From the NCBI GenBank assembly GCA_963742415.1, contig CAVULX010000003.1, positions 416,001-480,000 on the forward strand: a stretch of DNA of 64,000 nucleotides, in the 5' to 3' direction. How positions within the stretch are numbered: the stretch's first letter is position 1; each line of letters begins with the position of its first letter. The notes under the pieces were generated by a model. The model did not search any database, was not told the DNA's origin, and was given only the letters and a program-made list of their open reading frames with translations. The stretch comes from an uncultured Parachlamydiaceae bacterium. GTDB taxonomy: Bacteria; Chlamydiota; Chlamydiia; Chlamydiales; Parachlamydiaceae. A program made the translations under genes and the position numbers. This document shows, one piece after another, positions 31,325 to 40,539 of this stretch.

Positions 31325-32152
31325 TTAAACGGATAATCCTTGGAGGAGGGTGAGTGACAGCAGTACGATTGAGTAATTTTGAGATCGGTCCAGCCATTGC
31401 TTTTCGCAAAATCTTCTGTAAAGCGGTCGATTTTCCTGGATGTTGCTATTCTGACGAGAGTAATTCTCTATCAAGGCCACCTCCATCCAAGCCTCATGTT
31501 TTTTGATCCCATCGATGTCTTTTAGCAGCAATGAGAGATGATCTGTTATACGCTCTGGTTCATAGAGACGAATCCATCTTCGCAGAGCGCGTTCTGAAAT
31601 TCGAAGCTGTTTATCCTCGCAATACGCAAGAAGTCCCTGAAGATCACTTTTCTGTTTATCTGAAAAAGGCGATCTATCGACGACTTTTGGGATAACGTTA
31701 GGCGTCTCTTTTATAATTTTAAGATCTGGGATCTGCGCTTCTAGATTGTGGCCAGTTCGCTGGCCTGTCTGCTGGCCTAGTTGCTGTTCGCTTTGCTGGC
31801 CGTTAACGCTTTGACGAAGCGCTCTTGTCTCTAGGCAATAGACTGAAAAAGTGCTGGCCCCTTTGCCGGCCACTTTCTTGATATATCCAAGGCCGATTAG
31901 CTGTTCCAGCCGTGTACGCGCATTTTTAAGGGAGATGCCAGCGGCCAAGGCGCATGTTTCTCTACCAAACATGAATTCAAATGGGTCAAGAAGCAGTTGC
32001 CTGCCTATTCCCTTCAAAGGAACCAACGAAGGGTTAGGAGAGATGCGTTTGAACATCCATACAACAAAGCGCATCATGACGGGGTCTTTTAAAAAATCCT
32101 CCGTCAAAAACTCATGCGGTATAGCAAGAAAAACGTATGGAAGTTTAGACAT
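31325..32152 (-). CDS. Phage/satellite replication-initiator-like protein (probable frameshift near 31425)
   Basis: N-terminal winged-helix-like segment (GRETCALAAGISLKNARTRLEQL..GYI), Gln/Gly repeat linker; an alternative frame gives a plausible C-terminus (RFTEDFAKSNGWTDLKITQSYC...) ending near 31240. Confidence 0.6.
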   Translation of the reverse strand: MSKLPYVFLAIPHEFLTEDFLKDPVMMRFVVWMFKRISPNPSLVPLKGIGRQLLLDPFEFMFGRETCALAAGISLKNARTRLEQLIGLGYIKKVAGKGASTFSVYCLETRALRQSVNGQQSEQQLGQQTGQRTGHNLEAQIPDLKIIKETPNVIPKVVDRSPFSDKQKSDLQGLLAYCEDKQLRISERALRRWIRLYEPERITDHLSLLLKDIDGIKKHEAWMEVALIENYSRQNSNIQENRPLYRRFCEKQWLDRSQNYSIVLLSLTLLQGLSV

Positions 32153-32166
32153 AGCTTGCCGTCCGA

Positions 32167-32379
32167 CTAGGAATTTGCGCTAGGAGAAGCGATATTCTGA
32201 ATTTGGCTTTGTTCCCATGCTTCTAGATCAGAGGAACGCCAGCGAGTCGAGCCAGCTCCAAGTTTGACTGGCTTGGGGAATTTGCCGTTTTTGGCCCATC
32301 GCCATATGGTAGGACGGCTCACGCCATATCGGATGGCGGCTTCGGTGTCTCTTAGGAAAGCTGTTATATTTTTCATCAC
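32167..32379 (-). CDS. alpA: AlpA family phage regulatory protein / excisionase
   Basis: YGVSRPTIWRWAKNGKFPKPVKLGAGSTRWRSSDLEAW is canonical AlpA. Confidence 0.9.
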   Translation of the reverse strand: MMKNITAFLRDTEAAIRYGVSRPTIWRWAKNGKFPKPVKLGAGSTRWRSSDLEAWEQSQIQNIASPSANS

Positions 32380-32440
32380 ATAGCCTCATTTGAAGTTACT
32401 ATGTGACATAGCGTCTCACATGCAGATGCAGCTAGCGTCG

Positions 32441-33037
32441 CTATCTGCATTTATTTTTTTCGCGCTGCTTTCTGACATGATCGCAAAATGCACGATAACC
32501 GATTGAGTTGTAGTTACCTTGAGAGCAATGCAATTTTTCTCCATCCTGATAAATGGGATCGCCGTCATGGCTCAGTGGTAAGGCAGCCCACAGCATTGCA
32601 CTTGTCCATTTCGTTTTGGATTTGAGCTTTTTACTGATCCATTGGTCAAGAGCTGGCCAAGGACGCTCTTTTTTGGCTGCTTCAATTCTTTGACGTCTGC
32701 TCGCTTCCAACTTCATTCCGGCTTCAAACATGGTCAGTTCCTGGGCTACCGTGCTTTTTAACGGAGAGTCTGACTGTTCAGAGTAAAGCCAAACCAATTT
32801 CAAGCAACACCTGAACGACATCAGCATGTTCTGGCCTGAGATTCAGATCATCGGAAGCCCGTGTTACAACCCAGCCAACTCCAGGTAGAGATTCATCAGG
32901 TACTTCTAGAGAGCAATGTGTGAGGATTTTCTCCAATTGCTAAAGCCAGTCAACTCACTAATGCCTTTTCCAATTGGGTGTTTTTGAACGAATTGAAGAA
33001 GTCGAGGAGTGATGATCGCTTTGAAGGTGCTGCTCAT
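32441..33037 (-). pseudogene. Hypothetical element gene, frameshifted
   Basis: ATG at 33037 overlaps the integrase stop and meets an early TAG; the downstream part is the 32441-32827 ORF. Confidence 0.45.
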
Positions 33038-34065
33038 AGCGCCACCTTGGTTAGAAGCTCCAATCGTTCGCCTAATTTTTCCCATGCTTGTCTCATTTCC
33101 GCCTCATAACCGTAGCGCTGGTAAATCCGCTTTATCTTATTTTCTTCCATGTGATTCAAGCATCGCTCTGCCACTTCAGGAAGAACTCCCAAGGCATTCA
33201 TGAGAGTGGCTCCCGTGCGGCGCAAATCATGGGGCTTCCAAATCCCCCGAGAGAGCTTGAGTGCTCCAATTTGCTTGCTTCTGTTTTTGAGCCCCGCATT
33301 ACTCCTCTGGCGATCTGTGATTTGCTTCGTTACTGTTTTAGAACAGAGGCAGTCAGCTTTTACGACTTGCCGGAAAACACCATTCACCAACACCTGTTAA
33401 CTCCTTGAGTTTGGTGAAATAGCAGACGGCAAAAGAAGAGAGGTAAACGATGTGTTCTCTATTATTTTTGCTGTTTTGAGCAGGGATTCGCCAATATTTG
33501 CGCTCAAGGTCTACGTGATCCCATCGAGCTTTGAGCAGTTCTCCAATTCGGCAACACGTAGCGAGCACAATCCAAACTGCAAGAACGCCCTGTTTCTGCC
33601 ATATTTGCGGTGGGTAGTTTTTTGGCTAACTCTTTGATTTCATCCTCATCAAGGACTCGATCTCGCTCTACATTCGCTCCGCCAATACTTTTCTTGCTGA
33701 GCAAAGCGGTGGGATCTGATGCGAGAAGATCACGAGTGACGGCGAAGCGGAACATTTGACGGAGTGAGGCTAAGGACAACCTTGGCCATGCGATTGACTC
33801 CACGCTGAAGGAGCCGATCTGTGATTTCGGTGATGTGCCCTTTGCGAACGTCTTTGATGTTCAAGTCGCCGATAAAGGGAAGAACATCTTTTGAGATCAT
33901 ACGTCGAGCTTCTGCGCCCCTGATCTTTACGATTGATAAGATCAGTCGCAGCCCAACGCTCAAAGAGATCTTTGACGAGGACTTTGCTGGCCTTCTCTAA
34001 GAGCACGATTGACAGCTCTTCGCCGTCTGTCTTCGATAGGATCAGCTCCTTCGTATTTTACTTCT
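33034..34065 (-). pseudogene. Tyrosine integrase (P4/IntA-like), split into several frames, N-terminal arm-binding domain missing
   Basis: Successive ORF pieces: LRQMFRFAV..., ERDRVLDEDEI, TCCRIGELLKARWDHVD...SKNNREHIVYLS, WKPHDLRRTGAT...ERCLNH...IYQRY (R-H-R-H-Y catalytic residues). Confidence 0.88.
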
Positions 34066-34071
34066 TTTTTG

Positions 34072-34091
34072 TGTGGCGGACATGTGGCGGA
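34072..34091. repeat. Tandem TGTGGCGGA repeat (possible integrase arm-type sites)
   Basis: TGTGGCGGA-CA-TGTGGCGGA between the integrase remnant and the att/tRNA fragment. Confidence 0.45.
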
Positions 34092-34220
34092 TGCATCCAC
34101 GTGATAAAGAACGCTACATTATGCAACAAGATTTTGACTTAAATCAAGGAAAAATAGACGCTTATGACAGATTTTTTAAGACAGAAAAAGACAGGTTGAG
34201 ATAGGATAAAACATGGAAAA

Positions 34221-34268
34221 ACTTGCATGGGGTGCAAGGGGTCGGAGGTTCGAATCCTCTCACCCAGA
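34221..34268 (+). tRNA. tRNA-Pro(GGG) 3' fragment (anticodon arm, T-arm, acceptor 3' strand); att site
   Basis: A CTTGC ATGGGGT GCAAG GGGTC GGAGG TTCGAAT CCTCT CACCCAG A; anticodon GGG; no encoded CCA; the upstream sequence is not tRNA-like. Confidence 0.9.
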
Positions 34269-34343
34269 TTCTTTTTCCTCAAGGACTTACGAAGGCTTGA
34301 CCGCTTTTCTTAAGTCCTTATTTTTATCTCTCATGCCAGGTAT

Positions 34344-35414
34344 ATGACAGGTAATGTACAAAATAAACAGTATATGACAACTCAGCATTCGATCTACTTT
34401 GATGCAAACGTATTCCGTTGGATTACCAGGAAATACGATAATTGGAAAAATTTCTCGATATTACTGGATAAGGAAGAGCCTGGTTTGTTAAGCGACAACT
34501 CTCCTATGCTTTTCACTTGGTCGCATCTTTTAGAAGCTGTCAATTTGGGAACAATAATGACCCAAATCGAAACAACTCCTGTTTGGACATCACGTATCGC
34601 GGGACAAAATCTAATTGATCGAAGAGGTTTTCAAGAAGCGCTGGGAACATATTTCGTCACAGCAAAAGAAGCTCTAGCTGATCTGCCAGCATTGCAAAGA
34701 GATGTGCTGCTAAGAAGTATAGATAATGAGGTATCACAAACCTGTGCGGAAGCGCGGCCTTTGATTGAAAACACACTTTTACATTATAGAGACCGCGTGG
34801 CATCCACCGACTACATGCGTTCCTTGTCACTAGAAATTGCTTGGGCTTTTTTAACCTCATTGCCCTTTACTAAATCGGATGCTCAATGGGAAAAAAGAAA
34901 AATTTGTTATGACAGCATAATGGCACTATGGCACCGACTTTATTTGGAGGGCCATGACCTTGTATTTTTCAGGCTGAGTGAACAGCAATATTATTACTAT
35001 CTTCTGCACTCATCAGATATTGATATGGATGAAGTAAAGCGCTTATACCCTAATGTTAATTCAAGAAAAGACCTTGCCAAGGAAATATTTAAACATAGTC
35101 AAAAAAATACCCCTTTAAAACAAAATAGCGATCTTTGCGACGGCGAACTCATCCATTATACCTATTTGGGAAATAAAACGAACGATGGGCGGCTGACGAA
35201 CGTCGTTGGAATAACACTTGATGGGCCGCAAGTCCTTCAACAACGCATGGGAGTTTTTGACAGAGCCTTATCTGATTTAAATCACTGCGTTAAAGGCTGG
35301 AGCGTTAAACTCAATTTAGGCAGAATACTTTCATTAGAGCTTGGAAACGATGGTGCCATTCAACATCTATATCGCCACCTTCCCAGAGCAAGTTGCCCAA
35401 GTCAATTAATATAA
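34344..35414 (+). CDS. Hypothetical protein, possible divergent PIN-like nuclease
   Basis: 356-aa ORF; N-terminal IYFDANVF and C-terminal DLCDGE / ITLD acidic motifs resemble the PIN arrangement. Confidence 0.55.
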   Translation: MTGNVQNKQYMTTQHSIYFDANVFRWITRKYDNWKNFSILLDKEEPGLLSDNSPMLFTWSHLLEAVNLGTIMTQIETTPVWTSRIAGQNLIDRRGFQEALGTYFVTAKEALADLPALQRDVLLRSIDNEVSQTCAEARPLIENTLLHYRDRVASTDYMRSLSLEIAWAFLTSLPFTKSDAQWEKRKICYDSIMALWHRLYLEGHDLVFFRLSEQQYYYYLLHSSDIDMDEVKRLYPNVNSRKDLAKEIFKHSQKNTPLKQNSDLCDGELIHYTYLGNKTNDGRLTNVVGITLDGPQVLQQRMGVFDRALSDLNHCVKGWSVKLNLGRILSLELGNDGAIQHLYRHLPRASCPSQLI

Positions 35415-35848
35415 AGGTTCAAAAGCTGGAAATTATGATTTACGATTTCATCCTTTTTGTATCAGCCTCTCTCCTTGCGAATTGGCTTTGGGATCTCTGG
35501 TCTAAAAGAGTAGCTGGGAAAGAATATAAGGCCAAAATGCTAAAAAGTTGTCTCGACAAGATTGAACATTGCTCTCACGAACTTGATTACAATGCTACTC
35601 CAGGAATTGGAGGAGCTGAATGTCCCTTTACAACCGAAGCGCAGCGAAGACTGCTGTATTCGGATGAAGTGATATTATTAGGAGATGACCTTACAAAATC
35701 TCTTAAGGATTTAATTATTGATGCAGGAAGAGCCGGTGGAGGTTTTCCTTCTATCCCTCCCGGTTCGGTAAAAAGTAGAAGCAAGCTTTTAAAGGATATG
35801 CTTCTGAAGAAAGGAGAGGGGATTAAGAAAACAGAAACATCTGAATAA
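35393..35848 (+). CDS. Hypothetical membrane-anchored protein
   Basis: Single N-terminal TM segment (FILFVSASLLANWLW); true start probably MIYDF. Confidence 0.55.
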   Translation: MPKSINIKVQKLEIMIYDFILFVSASLLANWLWDLWSKRVAGKEYKAKMLKSCLDKIEHCSHELDYNATPGIGGAECPFTTEAQRRLLYSDEVILLGDDLTKSLKDLIIDAGRAGGGFPSIPPGSVKSRSKLLKDMLLKKGEGIKKTETSE

Positions 35849-36134
35849 TTTGCGTGGCGATGTAGGACAGTGTCTTGCTAACTTACCAAACAGCAGGGTT
35901 TTGATTATCGCCTTAAGTTTGTGCACTTCTGAAAATTTAGCAACCTAGAAAAATAGATTTTCTAGGTTTTTCTTGGTTGATTTCTATGTTCAAGAAAAAA
36001 ACGCCTTTAGAGCTCACTTAAAGTCTTTCCTAAATTAAAAAAACATTTTTATAAATTTTAAGATATGGTATAAAGCCTTCGAAGGCCTTCATTGGGAAGA
36101 TCTTCAATTAGTTCAACTTTAAAATGGTGTTATT

Positions 36135-36422
36135 ATGACACAAAAAAATGACGTAGGCCTATCTAATAATGGCCCTCAGTTCGTCCCTGAGAAAAAACTT
36201 GGTCAATCAGATCAAGAGTTAAATTGGAAAAAGGCTCGAGAAACAATGGCGCAACAAGCCAAGAAGATTGAGACTTTAGAACAAGAACTATCAAAAAGTG
36301 AGCATCAAAAAGCAGCGGAGAAAAAAGCTCTGGCAGTATTGATTGAACTTCTTGATTCCCCAAATCCATCTCTGAGATTGGAAGTCGCTAAATTAGTGCT
36401 GGTACATTCCTCAAAGTATTAA
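36135..36422 (+). CDS. Small coiled-coil hypothetical protein
   Basis: 95-aa ORF with ATG start. Confidence 0.5.
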   Translation: MTQKNDVGLSNNGPQFVPEKKLGQSDQELNWKKARETMAQQAKKIETLEQELSKSEHQKAAEKKALAVLIELLDSPNPSLRLEVAKLVLVHSSKY

Positions 36423-36429
36423 AAAGATG

Positions 36430-36892
36430 AGGGGGCTGGAAAGGATATGGTGATTGGCTAGGAACCCAAACTCCATCTCCTCACTCAAGAAATTTTCTAC
36501 CATATGAAGATGCAAAAAAATTTGTTCAACAATTAAATTTAAAAAGTCGAACCGAGTGGAATCAATACTGCTCTGGTGAAATACCAAACAAACCAATTCT
36601 ACCTGACAATATTCCCAAAGACCCTGTGACTGTCTACAAAAACAAGGGATGGACAGGTGTAGGGGATTGGTTGGGAACAAATACAAAAGCTACGCACCTT
36701 CGTGAATATTTACCTTTTAACCGCGCACGAAATTTTGTCAGAAAATTAAATCTGAAGGGAAGGGATGATTGGAAAGCTTATTGTAATGGTAAATTAGAAT
36801 TAGATCCTTTACCAGATAATATTCCTAAAGCTCCTTGGATTGTTTATAAAGACAATGGTTGGATAGACTTATCTGACTGGTTAGGATCGTAA
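36430..36892 (+). pseudogene. Remnant of integrase-repeat (INT_rpt-like) / helicase-associated repeat domain
   Basis: Open frame without a proper start: GWKGYGDWLGT...LPYEDAKKFVQQLNLKSRTEWNQYC...LPDNIPKDPVTVYKNKGWTGVGDWLGT...LPDNIPKAPWIVYKDNGWIDLSDWLGS (about two repeats). Confidence 0.65.
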
Positions 36893-37066
36893 AAATTATT
36901 AATTCTAAGGGCCTACGAAATCTTCAAAATCTACCCAAATGGTGATAGCGGGTAGATTTTGTACAAACGTGAAACATGCAAAACATGCAAAATAGTATAC
37001 ATTTTCGATGCCCTTTCATATTACCCTCTATTTCCTGTGGGATAAAATGCAATGGGGTATTAGAGC

Positions 37067-37585
37067 CTATACCAAAGAATCAATCGCTGTATTAAGCCCT
37101 GTGCATGGAGCCTCTAGCTCGGCAAAAGTTTTCCGATAATCTATGATTTTATCAACAATAGGTTCTAGGAGCAAAAGATCTGTTTCTTTGAATTTTGCAA
37201 AATTAGATTCAAAGGCATCTCGAAGCTTTGTAAGATAGGATCCTGAAGTATTTTTAATGCGAGGATTTTTACTTTGTCCAATGGCCCAAATAATCCCGTC
37301 ATTTGCTTTCTTAAGCATTCTTAATGCCTCTCTACGCTTGCCAGAAACATCTTCACCTTGATGTATATGCATTTCCTGGGCGGCAAATGCATCTCTTCCT
37401 CCCATTGCCGTAATAGGAGAAGCTCCTGCCTCAGCTGTAATGTCAGAATTTTGTGCCAGCGCATCGCCATTTTTTGTCTTAAAAACTATTTTTTTTATAA
37501 AAGGAGCGATTTTTATGGCTAAAGGGATTGTGATTCCTAAAGCTACAAATGCCGCTGCCCATTCTATCATCAACTCAAAATCCAT
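37067..37585 (-). CDS. Hypothetical membrane-anchored protein
   Basis: 172 aa, N-terminal TM helix, AGGAAGAG RBS. Confidence 0.6.
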   Translation of the reverse strand: MDFELMIEWAAAFVALGITIPLAIKIAPFIKKIVFKTKNGDALAQNSDITAEAGASPITAMGGRDAFAAQEMHIHQGEDVSGKRREALRMLKKANDGIIWAIGQSKNPRIKNTSGSYLTKLRDAFESNFAKFKETDLLLLEPIVDKIIDYRKTFAELEAPCTGLNTAIDSLV

Positions 37586-37611
37586 TTAACTCTTCCTAAT
37601 TTTTATCTTTT

Positions 37612-38961
37612 TCATGATGAACGTCTTGCTGCAATGTAAGAAGCGCTTGGGTCATTTTCTGAAGTTCCAATGCGTACAATAATCCCTTCTTCTTGAAGCT
37701 GTTTTAGACGAATCCTAGTTGTCCGAGCAGATACTCCCCAAAGTTTCATCGCCAATTTAGCGCTAATAGCATTCTCTTTTTTCAAATATTCGAGGAGGAC
37801 TTCCCCCCATGAATTGACGACTATTTCTTTAATTTGTTCCGAATAGAGCGTCAGTCTAAATTGGTTATTTAATTCCTCGATAAGTGGGGGTTTGAGCCCT
37901 TGGGTTTTGCAAGCCTCTACAATACGGCGCAGTCCAGATCCCCACTGTTCTGTGAGATGTAATTCGCGAAAAACACGGGCGATGACGCGATTCCTAATTC
38001 TAGAGGAACCAGCAAGGGCTCTTTCAATCGTTTGCCCAAACGGAAGCCCTCCAGGATTTGTAAACTCTATGCGATCGTTAAAAATAGCGACTTGGATATG
38101 GCAGCCGGTCATTGCATAGTCTGTATGGAGCAAGGCATTAATCACAGCTTCCCGGATAGCTACTGGAGGATATTGGAAAACATCTGTGCGTTGCATACGA
38201 CCAATATGACCTTCTTTCGAGATGTTTCGTTCAATGAAAGCTATGACTAGATCTGCTGCTAAAGGAAGCGGTGAATCTATGTCAGTTTGATCTAGAATTT
38301 TCTCTCTAGTTGATCCAGCAAAACGCGCACATCGGACTTGCGAATCCGGAAAGAACTGTAAACGGTTTACTCCGAATAGAAGAATTCCCCCGTTACTCGG
38401 ATATTTCTTACCGCTTCGAGAGGTCTCGACCCCCAAATTTTCAAGAGCCTGTGCCGTTGGTCGCTTCCCAACCCAGTCAAAAACATTTTTCATCACTTCT
38501 GCGTCTAAATGCCCTTGCGGATGCGGGAGTTCATCATAGGTAACCTTCTTTGCTAAGAGACGCAACGAGTCGAGCATCTCAGCATCAGCTGAGCGATTCG
38601 TAGATCCAAAGCGTACATAAACGCCTCGTTCGGGGCCCTCTGATTTTAAATAATAAGGACCTATACTGTGAGATACGTGGATGATTAACAACTCTTTTCC
38701 ACGAATCGTTTGAACTTCTATGTCAGGGGTCAGAAGAGGGAAGATGCTATCTGTAATCGCATTAGCCAGCCGCTCTTCCTCCGATAAGATTTCAGGGAGC
38801 CCCACGAGAACTTTTGTTTTATCTTTTACCCCAATAATAATCGTACCGCCAGCGCTGTTTGCGAAGGCGACTACAGTCTTCATTATACCGCCCAAAGAAC
38901 GAGTTGTTTCTTTGAACTCAATTGTTTTGCCTTCGTTTTCGGCTAGTAGTTGTTCAATCAT
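37612..38961 (-). CDS. Schlafen/AlbA_2 domain + HATPase_c_4 (RecG C-terminal-like) + HTH protein
   Basis: EGKTIEFKE...VAFANSAGGTIIIGVKD; REAVINALLHTDY; NPGGL; RNRVIARVF...EQWGSG; C-terminal wHTH. Confidence 0.88.
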   Translation of the reverse strand: MIEQLLAENEGKTIEFKETTRSLGGIMKTVVAFANSAGGTIIIGVKDKTKVLVGLPEILSEEERLANAITDSIFPLLTPDIEVQTIRGKELLIIHVSHSIGPYYLKSEGPERGVYVRFGSTNRSADAEMLDSLRLLAKKVTYDELPHPQGHLDAEVMKNVFDWVGKRPTAQALENLGVETSRSGKKYPSNGGILLFGVNRLQFFPDSQVRCARFAGSTREKILDQTDIDSPLPLAADLVIAFIERNISKEGHIGRMQRTDVFQYPPVAIREAVINALLHTDYAMTGCHIQVAIFNDRIEFTNPGGLPFGQTIERALAGSSRIRNRVIARVFRELHLTEQWGSGLRRIVEACKTQGLKPPLIEELNNQFRLTLYSEQIKEIVVNSWGEVLLEYLKKENAISAKLAMKLWGVSARTTRIRLKQLQEEGIIVRIGTSENDPSASYIAARRSS

Positions 38962-39213
38962 AATGGCGTAATCATAGCACAGCTATGCATTTTACTGTGC
39001 ACTACTATGCATAAAAAAACTGCACAGTCCTCATAAGTTATTGATTTACAGATGAATAAGATAATAAAATTTTTCTATTTTCAAAGAAAATAAAAGTATA
39101 TTTAACTTACATCTGACAGATAAAAGGCCTGTTTCCGAGTTTTTAAAAAACTAAAAACACACCAGCTCTCAACACAAACACACCAGTAACTGGTGTGTTT
39201 GATGGTACTCGGT

Positions 39214-39429
39214 TTACGAATAACGGATGATATACGAACCTTTTGGTACTCGTTGGCCATGAGGCAATCTATTACCGTTATCTGGCAAAATTAAGACAGC
39301 GTCGGCTTGAATAAATGAAAAGTCTTGCGTATGCAAAATATCAGGATCACAAACAACCGATGCGCATTTGTGCCTTTCCTTGATTTGAGTCGCTTGCTCT
39401 AATTTTTTTATTCGCTTTTCAATAGACAT
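39214..39429 (-). CDS. Small hypothetical element protein
   Basis: MSIEKRIKKLEQ start coupled to the upstream DUF5681-associated ORF. Confidence 0.5.
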   Translation of the reverse strand: MSIEKRIKKLEQATQIKERHKCASVVCDPDILHTQDFSFIQADAVLILPDNGNRLPHGQRVPKGSYIIRYS

Positions 39430-39430
39430 T

Positions 39431-39830
39431 TCATTTGCCCCCTTTAGCTTCCAACGCATTTAATCTTTCTTCATGATCATACACTTGAATGGCTTTCACA
39501 TAGGTCTCAATTATCTTTGATAAGGCTTCACCTTCACTTGGAGAAATGTTCCCAGTTCCCACAGCTTCTGTTATTAACGCCATAGAGTCTACAATATCTG
39601 AGGGGGTCTTTAACTTAGGAAGGTCTAATATAATAGGACGATCTCGCCGAGATGGTAAAGTGCGATCTAAAACCATTTTCATTGCCTGAAGGTTTCCTGA
39701 CAAAGCCTCTTGAATTAAGCGCCGGCAAATATTCTCCTAGTTCCCCATTCAAAAGTACCTCTACAGCTAAAGTTGCTTTATTTTTAGTTCCTTTAGCTTT
39801 CCCTTTCGGATTTCCCGATTGACCTTGTTA
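39431..39830 (-). pseudogene. Second DUF5681-domain gene, frameshifted
   Basis: The minus strand near 39825 reads GQSGNPKGKAKGTKNKATLAVEVLLNG, continuing in another frame as GNLQAMKMVLDRTLPSRRDRPIILDLP...GNISPSEG. Confidence 0.65.
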
Positions 39831-40073
39831 AGCAATATCAAATACTTAGAATGTGGCTCCGTATATGCCTCTGCGCGAAACTCAATTCTCAATTCATTTT
39901 GAGATCCCGAAATATACGCTCTTATATTTTGAAAACCATTGAGCTCAGGTCGATAAGTATTTTTTCCAGAAATAACATCGATTATCTGTCGCAAAGCAAA
40001 ATCTAATCCGTAGCCATAAAGATTGATATATACATTTTGAAGCAGAATTGTGGGAATCAAACAATCATCTATT

Positions 40074-40361
40074 TTAACGGGAATATAATTTGAATTTGTA
40101 GAAATGCTTTTCAGCAGTCTCTCGAATTAACTTCATTATTTTTAAAATTTTCTTTTCTTCTTCTGGATTAGATTTTTGAGATTCTAATCTCTGAGAACAA
40201 GGACGCATGAATTTTTTCCATATCCGGGAAGTAAATGAATCTTGTAAATCGGGTGGATAACTACCAAATTTCTGATACTCCATCTTATGTTCTTCTGTAA
40301 GTCCTCCTTCGTAATAATTCCATCTGCCAATCGCCTCAAAAGCTGGGCTCTTGCGGCTCAT
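40074..40361 (-). CDS. Small hypothetical protein
   Basis: 95-aa ORF with ATG start; no motif. Confidence 0.4.
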   Translation of the reverse strand: MSRKSPAFEAIGRWNYYEGGLTEEHKMEYQKFGSYPPDLQDSFTSRIWKKFMRPCSQRLESQKSNPEEEKKILKIMKLIRETAEKHFYKFKLYSR

Positions 40362-40539
40362 CGAAAAAAATGCCTTTTCCTAAGCCCTCCACATCAAGGG
40401 GTATTCCATGTTCTAACGGAAGGCGACTATCCATTGGAATGAAAACAATCATATAGTTTTTCGCTTCCTGTTTGGGTAATCGGACGGAATACACTGGTGT
40501 CATAAAAAATATTGTGAATTAGATTTAATTCTTCCATAC

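Larger units (their letters stand above)
31048..34220 (-). mobile_element. Degenerate satellite-like integrative element in tRNA-Pro (integrase, AlpA, replication protein, DUF5681)
   Basis: Bounded by the two tRNA-Pro halves; tyrosine integrase remnants next to the 3' tRNA fragment; all genes on the minus strand. Confidence 0.8.

Noticed and set aside
31021-34268. Self-splicing intron or archaeal-type split/trans-spliced tRNA
   Set aside because: The insert encodes an integrase/AlpA/rep element on the opposite strand, the break is not in the anticodon loop, and I see no group I/II intron ends, bulge-helix-bulge or complementary leader sequences.
39767-40060. 97-aa ORF with TTG start
   Set aside because: Its 3' part overlaps the DUF5681 remnant in another frame and it has no recognisable motif; probably debris.
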